A DNA stretch of 63,961 bases, filler included, from Octopus bimaculoides (GCF_001194135.2; 6 parts of 6 records of this genome joined end to end with filler, not necessarily neighbours in it), one strand, 5' to 3'. Positions 24,051 through 38,640 are shown, counted from the whole stretch's first letter. Notes: generated by a model not told the origin, from the sequence alone. Numbers and translations are program-made.

Positions 24051-26611
24051 GATTCTTTTGCAGATTGTTAAGATCACACAATCTGTGACAGTAGATTTTT
24101 CCTCTTCTTCTAAGACGCAAAATATGACAACAGTTTCACTTATATACGTATATATAAACACACACATACAGAGACACAGACACACACATATATGAATACA
24201 TATATATGGACATACAATTTTGTGGTAAGTAAAATGATTGGGAATGAATAGCTCATGAAGATGACTTACAGTCTATGAAATCCACGAGCTAAGAACAATT
24301 CAACTTGAGTTGAAAAAAGTTTAAGGTAATTACCCACAGGCTGTACACTAATTAAGGTGATCATCATAAAACATATTTTCCTGTTTAGTTATGATTCCAT
24401 GCACTGGAAAAGTTACGCTTGTTTTTTTACTTGTATACAATTTCAGTTCTTCCAACCTCTATCGTTGCTATACTTACCATTACAAATTATTGCTTCCTTT
24501 CTCAGAATTTTATATTCATGGAAAAGGTAAGTTGTATAGCTGCTGTAATATCTTTGTTTTGAAGTGACACAGCTGGAATTATAGAAAACAAAAAAACATT
24601 GAGAAGTTTAATAAACTATATTTCTTCTTTTCAGTGTTATTTTCATGTGAGGTACACAGTTAAGTTAGGTTCAAATCAAGTACATGAGCTAAAGATAAAG
24701 TCTGACAACTAGTGAGTTAGTGTCAACAAGTACCACTGCATTGCACAGATGTTTTGTGACCTTCAGTTTGGTTTCTACTTTCAATAATTAACACAACGTT
24801 GTGTTAATCAATAATTAACACAACGATTCTTTAGATGTAATTGGAATACTAATGATTTTCCTTTGGGAAATCTTTTTTTTTAATTTCACAATAGATACAA
24901 TGTTCTTTGTAGTGATGCCATTATTTAGAAATATTCCTACGTTTTATTTAAAAAATTTTTTTCCCATCCTACCAAATGTTTCACAACCGGCTCTGAAATG
25001 CGTTGCACTTATTGCTCACCTCTCTTTACTTACATCTTGTCACGGTTAATATCTCTTGTCAAACATTAGATACATTAGGAAACACCTAAGAAAACATTGT
25101 CTCATTGTCATTGAAATATTGAAATGTCTCAAAGTGTTCCTTCTTCTGGGTAAGAGCTGTACCTTATGCAGCCGCACTTTCAAAGCTTTTAATGGCTAAA
25201 ATCCAAGCTAAATATATCACTTGCTGCTGCAGTAACTAAGTATTCCAATGACTAGTTCACAACCATGAATATTGATAAAAAAGCCAGGCAATAAAAATCT
25301 TGCAATTCATTTGAATTTAAACGTCATCATTAGGAAAATCCAAGATCTTATCTACTTGCTCAAATCACATTTACATTCTTTTTATGAGAAGTGTATTTCA
25401 TTCAAAGAAATTTTATGGAAACAGATGACATTTACATTTGGCCATTCCTTACCATTTGTACACAGACCGAATGGAAAAGTGAAAAATGCAGAGCTTTTTA
25501 TAGAAGCATTGCATTTTAAGGAAAGGCCACGCTATCATAGATTATGACAGATATACATACAAATTTACAATTATATATAGAATCCATCACAATAACATTA
25601 TAGCATTGTAATGCAATTTTTGAATTAGAAATCAGTCAAAGCTCATAGCAAAGCCTCATATCATCATCATCGTCGTTGTCGTCGTCGTCTCCTTCTTCTT
25701 CTTCTTCTTCTTCTCGATTTTGTGCATCCAATTTAACGTGGAAGTATTGTCAGACTGTAGAATATTGCATTATTTATATTACCACCAGACGAAAATTTTC
25801 TGATAAGAGTGCCGGAACCCCCAGATCATATGATATCATTTGTTACTGAAGAGAAGGAGCACATCGAAATCACGGGACCTTGTTGTTCCCGTGCTCGTTG
25901 CAGACGATGCTTGTCTGCCAGTGATATAAATATGCGTGTTTTTATGCACCATGCTTCCACATGAAAGGGCTTCTCAGGCTCAATAACTCGATGTTCAGTG
26001 CTCTAGCTATACATCCATGTTGACCCGGATGTAAATGTTGCTTTCTCAAGGTATTTTACGAATTTAATATTTTAAAACATCAAAAGCAGTTGGTGGGAAT
26101 GTATGGCAGTTGTAAAAGCGACTACAAAAAAGTATTTCTCTCAGCATCATCTGTCTACTCTTATTGTGATTTCAAAATCTAAGCGTAATAACAACGGCTT
26201 CTGTAATGGCTACAGTAGTGACAGCTAATACAGTACCTAGTACCAACTTGCCAGACAGTTCCACCGATTTCACCTGTACCACAACACATAACAATGGCGT
26301 TGACAACATAAAACAGCAGAGAAAAGAAAAATCGAGAATATCATGCCGTTAAAGGTGTGATGGAAGAGTAAACTTAGATCACCCAATAGCGAATTCATCT
26401 AAACTAATCTATGGACGGTGATCTATCTCTCAATTTGCGTTAAGAGTACCCATGTTCAAACTAAAGCAGAGAGTTATGGGCCCAGAGTGAACAAAAATAA
26501 AAAGAAAAAGATAAAAGAAAAGAAAACTTCCGTCCCACTGGACAAAGAATTTGAGGCAATTGCTGTCAAATTTGTGTCTGAATTGGAAGCGAGGAAGTAT
26601 ATTATTTCACC

Positions 26612-26725
26612 AGTTCGGACAAAACGCTTATCACATTTTTCTAGCGAATTTCCGTTCTAAGTTCAAATTCCACCTAGTCCAACTCGACTTTCATCCTTTC
26701 GTGATCGATAAAACAAGTACAGGTC
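26612..26725 (+). mobile_element. SINE family C, degraded fragment
   Basis: GTTCAAATTCC...GACTTTCATCCTTTCGTGATCGATAAAACAAGTAC aligns to the family C core. Confidence 0.5.
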
Positions 26726-27006
26726 AAGTAATAATGATGGTATAATCGACTTGCCTCTTCTCTTCAAAATTACCGACCATCATTTGAAATCATTTTTATT
26801 GCATCCATTATAACATAGAATAGTATCTTATGCGGCTTCATTCCAGAAATAGTTTTATGGGAAAACTCTGTAAGTTTTTATGTATTGAATTTAATTTAAT
26901 GTTCAAATAAAGAATATTTAAATGCAATAACAATTTATTCTATCTCTGATATGAGCAGTCCAACACCAATAACACGTGTAGCTGACCAAACTTGCTGTAT
27001 TAACAC

Positions 27007-27145
<139 letters not shown>

Positions 27146-28702
27146 TACGGTGATAACAATATAATGTAGAGAAATCTCTGCCAGTCAAATTTATACTGGA
27201 AGGCGAAATAGTGGTCATGTTTTGTTTGTTTCTTCAGCAGTAAAAAAAAATGGACGCTTTTATAGTTTTAACCCATAACAGCAATAGATAACGAGATCGG
27301 AATCTTTAATAGCAATGAAGTTTTAATCATAAGGACGTTGATGATATAAAGATTATAATATGAACATAAGAACAGCGTGACAGTTCACTCTCAGCATTAG
27401 TTTGATATATATAAGAATATACCTGTATTACAGATATATACAGATATACACAAACACATGATGGATTCTGCATAATAAGATATGGTTTGTTCAGCTTTAC
27501 AGATAATAACTGTACTTAGCTAAATTCAAGTTGATTCCAAGAAGAACGCTTATGGCCATATATCTTCATAATTAGAAACAAGGTAGAGCTAAAAATAACC
27601 GTAGCAAAATCATTAATCAAAGAAGTTTTTCATACATAAGCGAACCAAATATATCCTTATCTCAGCTTCAATTGCTAGGAAATTGAACTTCAATATACCT
27701 CAGTGCAAGTCGCTATGTTTAATAATGTTTTTTCTGGCCACATCAGAAGGTATTCACTACTGTTAATGCCCCAATCTGATATATACGAACTACAATACAA
27801 TGTCAGCAACAGTAACAGCCACGATTTCAACAGCAAAAGTATTAGCAACAACTAAAGCAGCAGTAACAACAATAGAAGCAGCAACTAAAATGAACATAGA
27901 ATATCCAGGGGCAACGAAAACATAATACGAAACAGGAGCAACTTTACGATTTCCTGCATTCAAATTGCATTCTTTTATTTCAGTAAGGTAACATAGGAAG
28001 TAAAACCCTCAACGCTTATACATATTACTTTACAGAACAGAGATGCAGAGATCCAACATAAAACATGATTCAGGAGTCGCTATTGTGGTGTATAGTACCC
28101 TGTCAGCTGTTTCAGAGATTATTTGTGAAAACATAGTTCTGAAATTGAGGAGTGTTCTCATATTACCACTGTTCATAGTGTATCTCATGAAAGTTTTTAC
28201 GCCTTATCTTGTCAACTGAAAATCCATAAGTTGCTGCTACCGTTTATTGCTAATATAATCCCTATCAAGCAGAGCTTTATCAACCCAGCAGATATCGTAA
28301 CTCTTTTTTTTAAAAACAATGTGACTGTCACCATTGCTGCGCAACGTAGTTTCAGCCATTCTACTGCAGATTTAATAACTAGTTGCTGCTCGTGCATGGA
28401 CAGAAGCGATTTGAAGTGAAATGTCTTGTGAAAAGACTGAATGGTCCACCTATTGTGAGAATTGAACTCCTATCCTTGGGGATTTCAACTAAATCATTCT
28501 GTCTCGCGACGTCTTTTAATCCGAAACACTTATCATCAATGGTGGGCATACCAAGAGTACTTATGCGGCTAATAGCGTTGTAAACAATGTGAACGTTTTT
28601 ATGAGGGTTAGAATCAGCAAAGTGAACATTGTGAGTCACCTCATTCCTATTTATGATAAATTCTTTATCGTATGGAGTAAGTATCTTTATTTATTTTTAC
28701 AT

Positions 28703-29090
28703 AGGCGCAGGAGTGAGTGTGTGGTAAGTAGCTTGCTTACCAACCACGTGGTTCTGGGTTCATTCCCACTGCGTGCCACCTTGGCTAACTGTCTTCTACT
28801 ATAGTCTGGGGCCAACCAAATCCTTGCGAGTGGATTTGGTAGACGGAAAACTGAAAGAAGCCCGTCGTATATATGTTTGTGTGTCTGTGTTTGTCCGCCC
28901 GACATCGCTTTACAACTGATGCTGGTGTGTTTACGTCCATGTAACTTAGCGGTTCGGCAAAAGAGACCGACAGAATAAGTACTAGGCTTCTAAAGAATAA
29001 GTCCTGGGGTCGATTTGCTCGACTAAAGTCGGTGCTCTAGCATGGCCACAGTCAAATGAGTGAAACAAGTAAAAGAGTAAAAGAGAGAGT
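28703..29090 (+). mobile_element. SINE family B, full-length, short internal microsatellite
   Basis: High similarity to the copies at 22473 and 44570 from head to AAAAGAG tail. Confidence 0.9.
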
Positions 29091-30319
29091 ATATTTAGGA
29101 AAGTGTGAAACGTGAATCGAGATTCAACACCTGCCGGATTTCAGTCTGGACTTATAATACTTATTACGTGTAATACTTCAAATGTTTAGGCGATCGAAAA
29201 ATATGTTTCCGATATAAATTTTGTATCACATCCCTTGCAAATAGAAAACTCCTTTACGATATGTTTTTTTTTTACTTAAATACAAGACGAGATTTTGATT
29301 TCCTGTTGTATTAAGAATTAAGTTGAAATTATGTTATAAGGGTATAATGACCATCACATAGAAAATTCGAATATTCATATAGGAATTTTTTTAAAGATAC
29401 ATTAGTGAATCAATCTTCCTGATGGTGGTGATAGATAAGGTGTTGATAGATGTTGGAAGGACGAAACGCTCTAGAGTGTAAGCAGCGATATATGTAGTCA
29501 GTGTGTATAAATGTAGAGAAGCGAATTTGGCATTGTCACTGACTGATTACTGTTTCTAGAATCTCAACGCCCGAGGCCATATAATATTGATAAAGTTATT
29601 TTCGATATCTAGTTGAATCATAGAAAACAAGTGTGAATAAATGTTGAACACAAATTTTACTATTAATGTCACTATTAATGTTTCTCTATTATTTCCAAAA
29701 TCAATTTTGTAATATTTAATATTCATCAAATATCTGAAATTCTCTGGGAATGAATATGAGAGTAATTGATAGACTGTCTTCATACTAAATATGTAATATT
29801 GTGTTCTATCAAATCAAATTAGATTAGATGCACTAGAAATCAATTAATATTTTCAATTTATACTTCAATCGTTGTAGACGAGATGTAAATTCTTAGCCTA
29901 CAAATCTTCATAATTTAAACGTTTCTATTTTCTCTGGTTTCATTCTTTCTTTGATGCCATTAGGTATGAAAAGTATATTGACTTGTAATATGCCAAAATT
30001 TTGAAATCAACAGAGTTGAAAGCTAATTATTATAATATAATTTCTTATTTTCATCCATAAATTTCTAATATTAAAGTTCAGTCGAATACAATTTTTTCTA
30101 TTGTTTAAAGTAAGATTAATAATTGTACAATGCTTCTCTGCAGTTATTTCTCTTCTTCGTATGAAAGAGCTGAAAGTTAAGTATATTACCGAATGTATCA
30201 TTTGGTCATCTACTGAAATTACTATGATTTGTATATACACACACACACACACATACACACACAGACTGACAAACACACACAGACGCACACTCACACGCAC
30301 GCTCAAACATGTTTATATG

Positions 30320-30355
<36 letters not shown>

Positions 30356-30379
30356 CGTGTGTGTATATATGTAACAACC

Positions 30380-31200
30380 ATTTGAGTTTAATCAACGTGA
30401 CTCAATGTTTTGTACGCGCATACGACACATCCAACTCATCAAACATTCGGAGACAGAGTGGAAGTTTTCAAACATCGCACGCTACAATAAGGGCAAGCAC
30501 ATGTATTTCAAATGGACACGCCAGCCTGTAAATGACGGTCCCTTTCATTCAAACACCATCGGCTGACAATCACCCGCGAGCACATACATGGAAGACAGTG
30601 TCTTTAACGGAAGGTATACATTGCGCGCTCACTCCTTCAGGTACATGGATAGGAAAATGCCCATATCCCTGCCCCATATATACTAGAAAGTAAATGATCA
30701 TCAAAATGACTGCCACAACATCAGGTGGAATGCTCTTGACAGGACCCCATTTGATTCTTGTAGTGCTCAGGATTGCAGGGTGAAATTATATATGCCCAAC
30801 TAATACGCACTATCAACAAGAAGTATCAACAATTTTATTCATACTACGTGAGGAACACACACGTATGCAGTTTTTATTCCCTGTAGCCAGTTGCCCTACA
30901 ACCTTCCCGTGTTGATTCACTACCCTCAAATGTAATTCTGTATCATCGCATAGAGCTGTTAACTGGTTCATACTTAACTGAATGATGTCTGAGTTGCTGA
31001 CAGCTGCCAACATCCCACCACATCATATGCGGTACCCAATTCATGAACTGATGTGACTGGATATGCCATCTCGAAGCCTGCTGTCACAGTGGCGCCAACG
31101 TCTTGCCGAACCTAGCGTCGCTTTGATAACTTTAGTAACATGAGACCTCAGTTGACCAATAGAAGCCTAAAGACCTACAACCGCTCTTGAAATTGTCTAC
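30380..31200 (+). mobile_element. Possible heavily degraded R4/Dong-like (restriction-like endonuclease) LINE C-terminal region
   Basis: GC-richer island. Across frameshifts it gives W...FNGRY, SAQD and CSQL in the order of the R4 motifs W..K..HG.Y / AAQDQ / C..LA / RH. Weak evidence. Confidence 0.25.
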
Positions 31201-31364
31201 TTATCCTTCCACTCTGGACTCGAAAATACTATGAAATGGATTTGTTCCACGTACCCATGTAGCTAAAGGTATGTAAGTCCCCCCACAAAACAAAAATATT
31301 GAGAGCTGCTACTACAAATCCACACAAATATACATATACATTTACACACACGCACATAGATGTG

Positions 31365-31395
<31 letters not shown>

Positions 31396-31700
31396 NNNNN
31401 NNNNNNNNNNNNNNNNNNNNNNNNNNNNNNNNNNNNNNNNNNNNNNNNNNNNNNNNNNNNNNNNNNNNNNNNNNNNNNNNNNNNNNNNNNNNNNNNNNNN
31501 NNNNNNNNNNNNNNNNNNNNNNNNNNNNNNNNNNNNNNNNNNNNNNNNNNNNNNNNNNNNNNNNNNNNNNNNNNNNNNNNNNNNNNNNNNNNNNNNNNNN
31601 NNNNNNNNNNNNNNNNNNNNNNNNNNNNNNNNNNNNNNNNNNNNNNNNNNNNNNNNNNNNNNNNNNNNNNATATATATATATAGATATATATATATATAT

Positions 31701-31768
31701 AGGCGTAGGAGTGACTGTGTGGTAAGTAGCATGATTACCAACCACATGGTTCCGGGTTCAGTCCCATC
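31701..31768 (+). mobile_element. SINE family B, 5' fragment
   Basis: AGGCGTAGGAGTGACTGTGTGGTAAGTAGCATGATTACCAACCACATGGTTCCGGGTTCAGTCCCA, truncated at the mariner junction. Confidence 0.8.
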
Positions 31769-31769
31769 A

Positions 31770-32506
31770 TAGCTTTTTTGGCATGGATATTCGACTTCAG
31801 TTGCTGTTTTGGAGTATCCTTACGTCAACTCCAGGGTCTATTTCGCAATACGTTTTGTATGCAATCCAATGTCATCGCCAGTCAAGATTAGTTTTAAAAA
31901 AGGCATACTTTCATTCCATTTCGAAAGCATATCACGTACGAAATACCGGTCCGAGTATTTCTTTTCTGAGAGTTTCTGAGAGACCCATACATTATAGCGA
32001 GAAATGTAATCTAGCTTCACTAGGTGTTCATGAGCCGTACTTTTAGAAACTTCTAACACCTCTGAAACTTTTCGTGATATTTGAGTTTTCTTCCATTTTT
32101 GCCTTCAAAACACCTTCATCCATTTTTGAATGTCTTCCACTGCAGCTGACATATTTCTAGCTAAACTCTTCAGCTTTAAATTTTGCAAACCGACTTCGAA
32201 CAGTTGATTCACCTACAGCATCATTACCATAAACTTCACAAATCATTCTGCAAGTCTTTGCAGCAGTTTTTCTTTTTCTTTAAATAGAAAAGCATTACTA
32301 TGCGAATAAGAAATTTTTGGTTATCCATTTCAAATGTCAAAAAAGGGTAACCAAAAAGAAAGATAAATTCCTTTTTAGGAATAAGGAAGAGAAGCACTAC
32401 CGCTTCAAGCAACGCCAACGTTTTGACAGTATTACGTTTCAGGTGTGTTCAATGAATCGTGAAAAAATTAGCTAAAAATCGCTGCGAACTTTCCGGAAAA
32501 CCTAAT
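31770..32506 (-). mobile_element. Degraded mariner transposon (5' TIR to first catalytic D), 3'-truncated
   Basis: TIR ATTAGGTTTTCCGGAAAGTTC. ORF LEVSKSTAHEHLVKLDYISRYNVWVSQKLSEK...PFLKLILTGDD carries the mariner WVPxxL and TGDE motifs. Confidence 0.85.
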
Positions 32507-34984
32507 ATATATAAGACGGTCTTCCAAATAGCTCTTCTTTAGCAATAAGGAAGTATTAGGGAAAGAGAGTCGGTGTTAGAAGAGACTCCCAAGCTACCAC
32601 ACTGATTAAGCATATTCCCAATTGCACAGATATAACAATATCTTCATCCAAAATATCCTCCTCCCCGCATATTTATTTCATGTACTCTTACACTGAAAGC
32701 CTATTTGAGCTTACGTAGCAATACGTAAGATATAGACATTTTCACAAGCTACTTAAGTAGACTTAATGTAGAATATTATTTAGGAATATTAGTAAATATT
32801 AGCAACACGATTGCAGGTTGGCAATATCAAATACATAACTATGGTTGTATAAATTACATCTTCCGTTGAATGCCTGGCCACTAGATAATAATTATTTTTT
32901 CTGAAGCGATCGTGACGTGCTGGTGTCTAAAAGTAATAGAAATAATTTATATTATCACGACCATATGCAAGTCAATAGCCACAGAGTTTAATGATGTAAA
33001 TTCTGATAGGCGACGATTCTATTACTGCTGTGCATGTATTTGAAAAAATGAAACATCGTAAAAGAAATAATAGTGTCATGTATATTTCATGAAATTATAC
33101 GATTTTGGACTTTCGTGACCAACCATAATTGTTTCTAAATTACAAGACACAAACAAACGGAAAAAAAGCACGCTATGATCTGTTACAGCCATTTTATGCA
33201 GAAAAAAAGAGATGATTAATGTCTAGTTACGATGTAATGAGTTAACTGTCTTTTTTGCATTGGAACTATGATTACTGATCTCTAACATAAATAGTTAAAG
33301 GTTTAGTATAACGTGATTACTCCAGTGTAACAATATGTGATTAGTAGTGAGTTTAGAATAATAATTGAATGCAACCGGTCATAAATATGCCAATGGGTAA
33401 GACTACTTGGTAGTTTTGAATCCATTTCCACAACGCATCAATTTATTAAACTATTTGCTAATATATCTTCAGGTCGAACAAAGGCATAGGAGAATAAGTT
33501 CGTGAAGTGAAAAAGTATAGAAGAACCAAGAAAGAACGGTGGCAGCAGCGACACACTATGACCAGCTAACTCCAGGAAACTCACAAGAGTGACTACTGTT
33601 ATATTTAGTCCGACAACACATCTTATAAGCTTCGAATTATCTTGGTGTAAATAATTTCTTCCTCTTTCGCGGTAACGACAACATTTATTTTGTCAACGAA
33701 AAAAAAATTAATATTTTAGCATTGAAATTAAATACTCTTCAGAATCTGTGTTACGTTTTAGGCTTATAAATGATATTTTTGAACTATTTTTTCAATCATC
33801 CTATTTGTCGATGCCAAGGTGCTTATATTTTTTCAGCTATATTTCATGTAAGCCCACTACTTTCTAGTTTTCTTTCAGTGGATGCTTCTTTGCTCACATA
33901 CACTTCAGAAAGTCAAAAATTAATGACGTAAAAAAAAAAAAAGCTATCAATAAAAAGAAGTGGGAAGAGGAATTGCATGAGTTGCAACAACAACAAAAAC
34001 GAAAAAAGTAGCACATATAGATGAAGAGCCAAATCTTGCTTTGATTTCCGTAGTAAAGAACGAACGCTTTACGTATTTTACTTACAAAGATACGTGTTTT
34101 CAAACGTGATTGTTATACATAGCAATTCATCGAATACTAACATTTTTCTCTCTATTTCCTCTGTTATACCTATATTTCAGAATACTGCAATCTTGACAAT
34201 CTTTTTTTAGAAGACAAGTGTCATCGGAGTGCGAAATCCACAGGATTAGAAATAAAGAAACTGAAATATAGGAAATAGCAAAGCGTAGCATCTAATGAAT
34301 ATTTTTTTTCAAATTCTTTTAACTCATTAGAGTCAAATTATCTGAGATTATATGGTGTTAACCTTCCAATATTACAGTCTTTAAATTAAATTTGCTGCAG
34401 GTATAACAATAGCTTTCGTATTATCTGTGTGAATTTGAGGTTTACCGCGAAATGTTACGAGCGATAAGTTTGTAATATGTTTGTTGTATGTTGTGAGGTA
34501 TAAAGTGTGAATTTCAGTAATTATAATTGAAAGTTGATTCGAGATAAGCAGATGAAATTTGGAATATGAATAATTTAATTCCATGGCGAGAGAAAAAAAA
34601 AACATTTACGTAAAATAATTTAATCTAAATGGAGAAGTACAAAAATGCTAATGAGGTAAGATTATTAATGAAAACTGTAATATTGCACAGTGCAGTGACG
34701 GATCTATTAGTCTTGTTCTGTTGTTCGCAGTTTGTAGATTTATACCTCGTTGTCAAGTATATATAACTTATGGAGGATCGTAGTGAGAATATTGTAATAT
34801 TCAGTCGGGATCAAATATTATTCGGTTCATCCAGCACGCTTATCACCAACGCCATTACAACCTTGACCATTCCGCTGTAATATTTGTACATACTATATCT
34901 AGTTAAGCCATTGATATTGCATGAGTTATAATAGGTCTGACGGGAAATATACTTCTTGATTTATTTGGATATTACATCTATCAT

Positions 34985-35377
34985 TGGAGGCGCAATGGCC
35001 CAGTGGTTAGGGCAGCGGACTCGCGGTCATAGTATCGCGGTTTCGATTCCAAGACCGGGCGTTGTGAGTGTATATTGAGCGGAAACACCTAAAGCACCAC
35101 GAGGCTCCGGCAAGAGATGGTGGCGAACCCTGCTGTACTCGTCCACCACAACTTTCTCTCAGTCTTACTTCCTGTTTCTGTTGTGCCTGTAATTGAAGGG
35201 GTCAGCCTTGTCACACCGTGTCACAATGAATATCCCCGCGAACTACGTTAAGCGTACACGTATCAGTGGTGTGCTGAGCCACTTGCACGTTAATTTCATG
35301 AGCAGGCTGTTCCTTTGATCGGATCAACTGGAACCCTCGACGTCGTAAGCGACGGAGTGCCAACAACAACGACAACA
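34985..35377 (+). mobile_element. tRNA-derived SINE, family A (~390 bp, (CAA)n tail)
   Basis: A-box TGGCCCAGTGG, B-box GGTTTCGATTCC, (CAA)n tail, and 11-bp TSD ACATCTATCAT (34974-34984, 35378-35388). Confidence 0.92.
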
Positions 35378-36266
35378 ACATCTATCATCAAATGTAAGCG
35401 TTCTCTTTTTAGACGTAAAAGTGTTATTAGAGGGGAGAGCTGGCTACAATTTACTGTTAAATTTGAACTTCATTTATCATTGTCGCAGTCTAGCTTCTTT
35501 CTTAGGTAACTTCCATCATTTGGGAAAAACGGTAATAAGATTTTGTATGTTTACGACAATCTCGAAATTTGAGGTAAACGTTCTATGTGGATTAGGTAAG
35601 GAAAATGATTTTAACAAACAGCATAAATTTAGAATATTAGCCACACTTTTGCTAGTTTATTGTATATCGTCTGTTTCGAAATCACGAATAGCTAAATAGA
35701 TATATGCATATATGTTCTACTTTAAAAAAAAAAACACAAAAAAAACATACAGAATCATTCGGACTAAATAACTTGATTTACTACGTGGAGATATTGCAGT
35801 TTTTCTCTGCAACCTAATGTTCTATGGAATCTATTCGAAAGTTTTATTGTAGAAATATTCTGCGTAAGATTGCGAAAATGAGCTTAAGTTTCAACGAAAA
35901 GGAAAATATTCTCAGCCGAGTGATTACTTGGCTCATGGTCATGTCCGTCACGTAGATTGCCTTTGAAAGCATTTACGAAAACACATGCTGAACGCTGAAA
36001 TTTCTACATGAATTCAATTCCATAATATAATGCCTTCCATATACCATTTCAGGTGTTTTTATGGCTTATTTACGCTTCTGTAAAGTAAATGTTAAAAGTC
36101 GACGTTATTAAAGTTAGGATTTTGGTAATAAACTACTATGTAAATACATGGCTCGTGCAAAATATTTTCCTCATGTACATGTATGTATGTAGGTATATAT
36201 TTATGTGCACAGGTATGTATGCGTGTAATTGTGTATTACTATATGCAAATATATCAGTATGCGTCT

Positions 36267-36302
<36 letters not shown>

Positions 36303-38389
36303 GTGCATTTTTACGCACACACAAATACACATACATATACAAACGCNNNNNNNNNNNNNNNNNNNNNNNNNNNNNNNNNNNNNNNNNNNNNNNNNNNNNN
36401 NNNNNNNNNNNNNNNNNNNNNNNNNNNNNNNNNNNNNNNNNNNNNNNNNNNNNNNNNNNNNNNNNNNNNNNNNNNNNNNNNNNNNNNNNNNNNNNNNNNN
36501 NNNNNNNNNNNNNNNNNNNNNNNNNNNNNNNNNNNNNNNNNNNNNNNNNNNNNNNNNNNNNNNNNNNNNNNNNNNNNNNNNNNNNNNNNNNNNNNNNNNN
36601 NNNNNNNNNNNNNNNNNNNNNNNNNNNNNNNNNNNNNNNNNNNNNNNNNNNNNNNNNNNNNNNNNNNNNNNNNNNNNNNNNNNNNNNNNNNNNNNNNNNN
36701 NNNNNNNNNNNNNNNNNNNNNNNNNNNNNNNNNNNNNNNNNNNNNNNNNNNNNNNNNNNNNNNNNNNNNNNNNNNNNNNNNNNNNNNNNNNNNNNNNNNN
36801 NNNNNNNNNNNNNNNNNNNNNNNNNNNNNNNNNNNNNNNNNNNNNNNNNNNNNNNNNNNNNNNNNNNNNNNNNNNNNNNNNNNNNNNNNNNNNNNNNNNN
36901 NNNNNNNNNNNNNNNNNNNNNNNNNNNNNNNNNNNNNNNNNNNNNNNNNNNNNNNNNNNNNNNNNNNNNNNNNNNNNNNNNNNNNNNNNNNNNNNNNNNN
37001 NNNNNNNNNNNNNNNNNNNNNNNNNNNNNNNNNNNNNNNNNNNNNNNNNNNNNNNNNNNNNNNNNNNNNNNNNNNNNNNNNNNNNNNNNNNNNNNNNNNN
37101 NNNNNNNNNNNNNNNNNNNNNNNNNNNNNNNNNNNNNTATATATATATATATATTCATATGAACATATATGTACGTATATTTTAAAGTACTGAAATAAAG
37201 ATGGCGATACTTCATTGTTTGCGTTTCTCCATAAAAGTATGTTACAAACGGAAATATATAGCAATGATATTTGAAATATGTGAGCGTAGGCGATGTATTT
37301 CGTGTTAGGCAAATGAAATATATATGAGTGAAAGCTAAATTCCTATCTAATCACATGTCATAATATTACAAAAATATGACACCCATTGTTACTTTGAATA
37401 TATCTCAAACTTATTAGAATTCGGAATATTCAATGAAAAATATAAGAAACATATAAGAAATTATATAACCAGTCGAAATAGACAATAAGAGTTTACATAC
37501 AAAAGCGAAATCGACAACAATGTAAATTTATGAGCTACAATAACATAACTAAGCATTAAGAGAAACGGTGAACTGCAGGTGAAGTGGTTAGTTGAAATTA
37601 TCGATCACATTACTTGACTAGTAGTTTATTTTATCGATCTCTAAAGGATCAAGAGCAAATTTGGCATACATAGAGAAAGCAAATAAATACCTGCGCATAG
37701 CACATCACTAATATAGTATCACGTGCTAATGCCAATTATTTCATCTTTTGTTACACGGCCAGTGATTTTGAGTGACGAGCTCATTAATTTCAACAGATGA
37801 AAGATGGGGACTTGAGCTAAGAATGCCAAGGGCTAAAAGAAATGCAGCTAAGATTTCGGTCATTGTGCTAAGTATACTGCTAGCTTGCCGCTTAAATATA
37901 ATAATAACGATGATAATTATTATTATATTGATCATAATGACGACAATGATGATGGTGATGATAATTGCGGTGGTGATGTGAATGATCTCAGTCATTGTTT
38001 AAAAGAGTCCAATATATCAGTGATGAAGGCAAAATTCAAAAGAAAAGAAGAAAAATGTGCAGGTAACATGGAAGTGAGCAATAACAATATTTAATGAAAT
38101 AGACAACAACTAATAACACAAACAATACACAGCAAAATATGAACAAATAGATCCCAGTAAAACATGGTTGTTGTTGTTGTGGTGGTGGTGTTTAGCAATG
38201 ATGGCCATATTGACGTTACTACCACCGCTAATTTTCCTTGCTCTGTTTATTTTCCTGCAGTTAGCGGTATTGTACTTCTTATTGATGAAGCAGTGATGCC
38301 GGCAATGTTGAGCTTTTCTCCTGTTTCCTTCTGTTTTGTAACTAAGGGGTTCAGATGGTAGGTGTGACCAAATGTCTAGCATCTAAGTC

Positions 38390-38640
38390 TTCACTATTCT
38401 CCAACGAAGCCAAGCTGACTGCCGTTTGCATTGTATATTTTATCCAGAACCTTGTTCAATATCCTCTGTTGTACAACAATCGAAATTCCTTTCACATTTC
38501 GGAAGTCTCCTGGATGTAACTTTCATGTTGGTATTGCGTAATACTACTCTCCAACAATTGCATATCATATCACACATTAGATATTCAATGGTCCTAGCAA
38601 ATTCCACTCATTCAGCTTTATAAGTCGTAGACCAATTATA
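38390..38640 (-). mobile_element. Possible L2/Crack-type LINE 3' fragment
   Basis: Minus strand reads ..RRLPKC.RN.SIVV....L.KVLDKI across frameshifts, resembling the LP..IRN...FK..LD..L C-terminus. Confidence 0.25.

Noticed and set aside
25780-25965. Open frame DENFLIRVPEPPDHMISF...GPCCSRARCRRC as a possible exon
   Set aside because: No recognisable domain and no convincing splice sites; length is compatible with chance.
29419-29483. Hammerhead-like CTGATGG...GAAAC GCTCTAGAGT GTA
   Set aside because: The core has G at A9, there is no stem II adjacent to the core and no stem I pairing. Only the near-palindromic stem III fits.
34985-35060. tRNA-like A/B-box heads here and at 2548, 54438, 57081 and ~57570
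   Set aside because: They lack a complete cloverleaf and are followed by SINE bodies with TSDs, so they are not tRNA genes.
38252-38348. Candidate exon bounded by TTTTCCTGCAG and GTAGGT
   Set aside because: The peptide is unrecognised, and such signals are frequent by chance in 64 kb.
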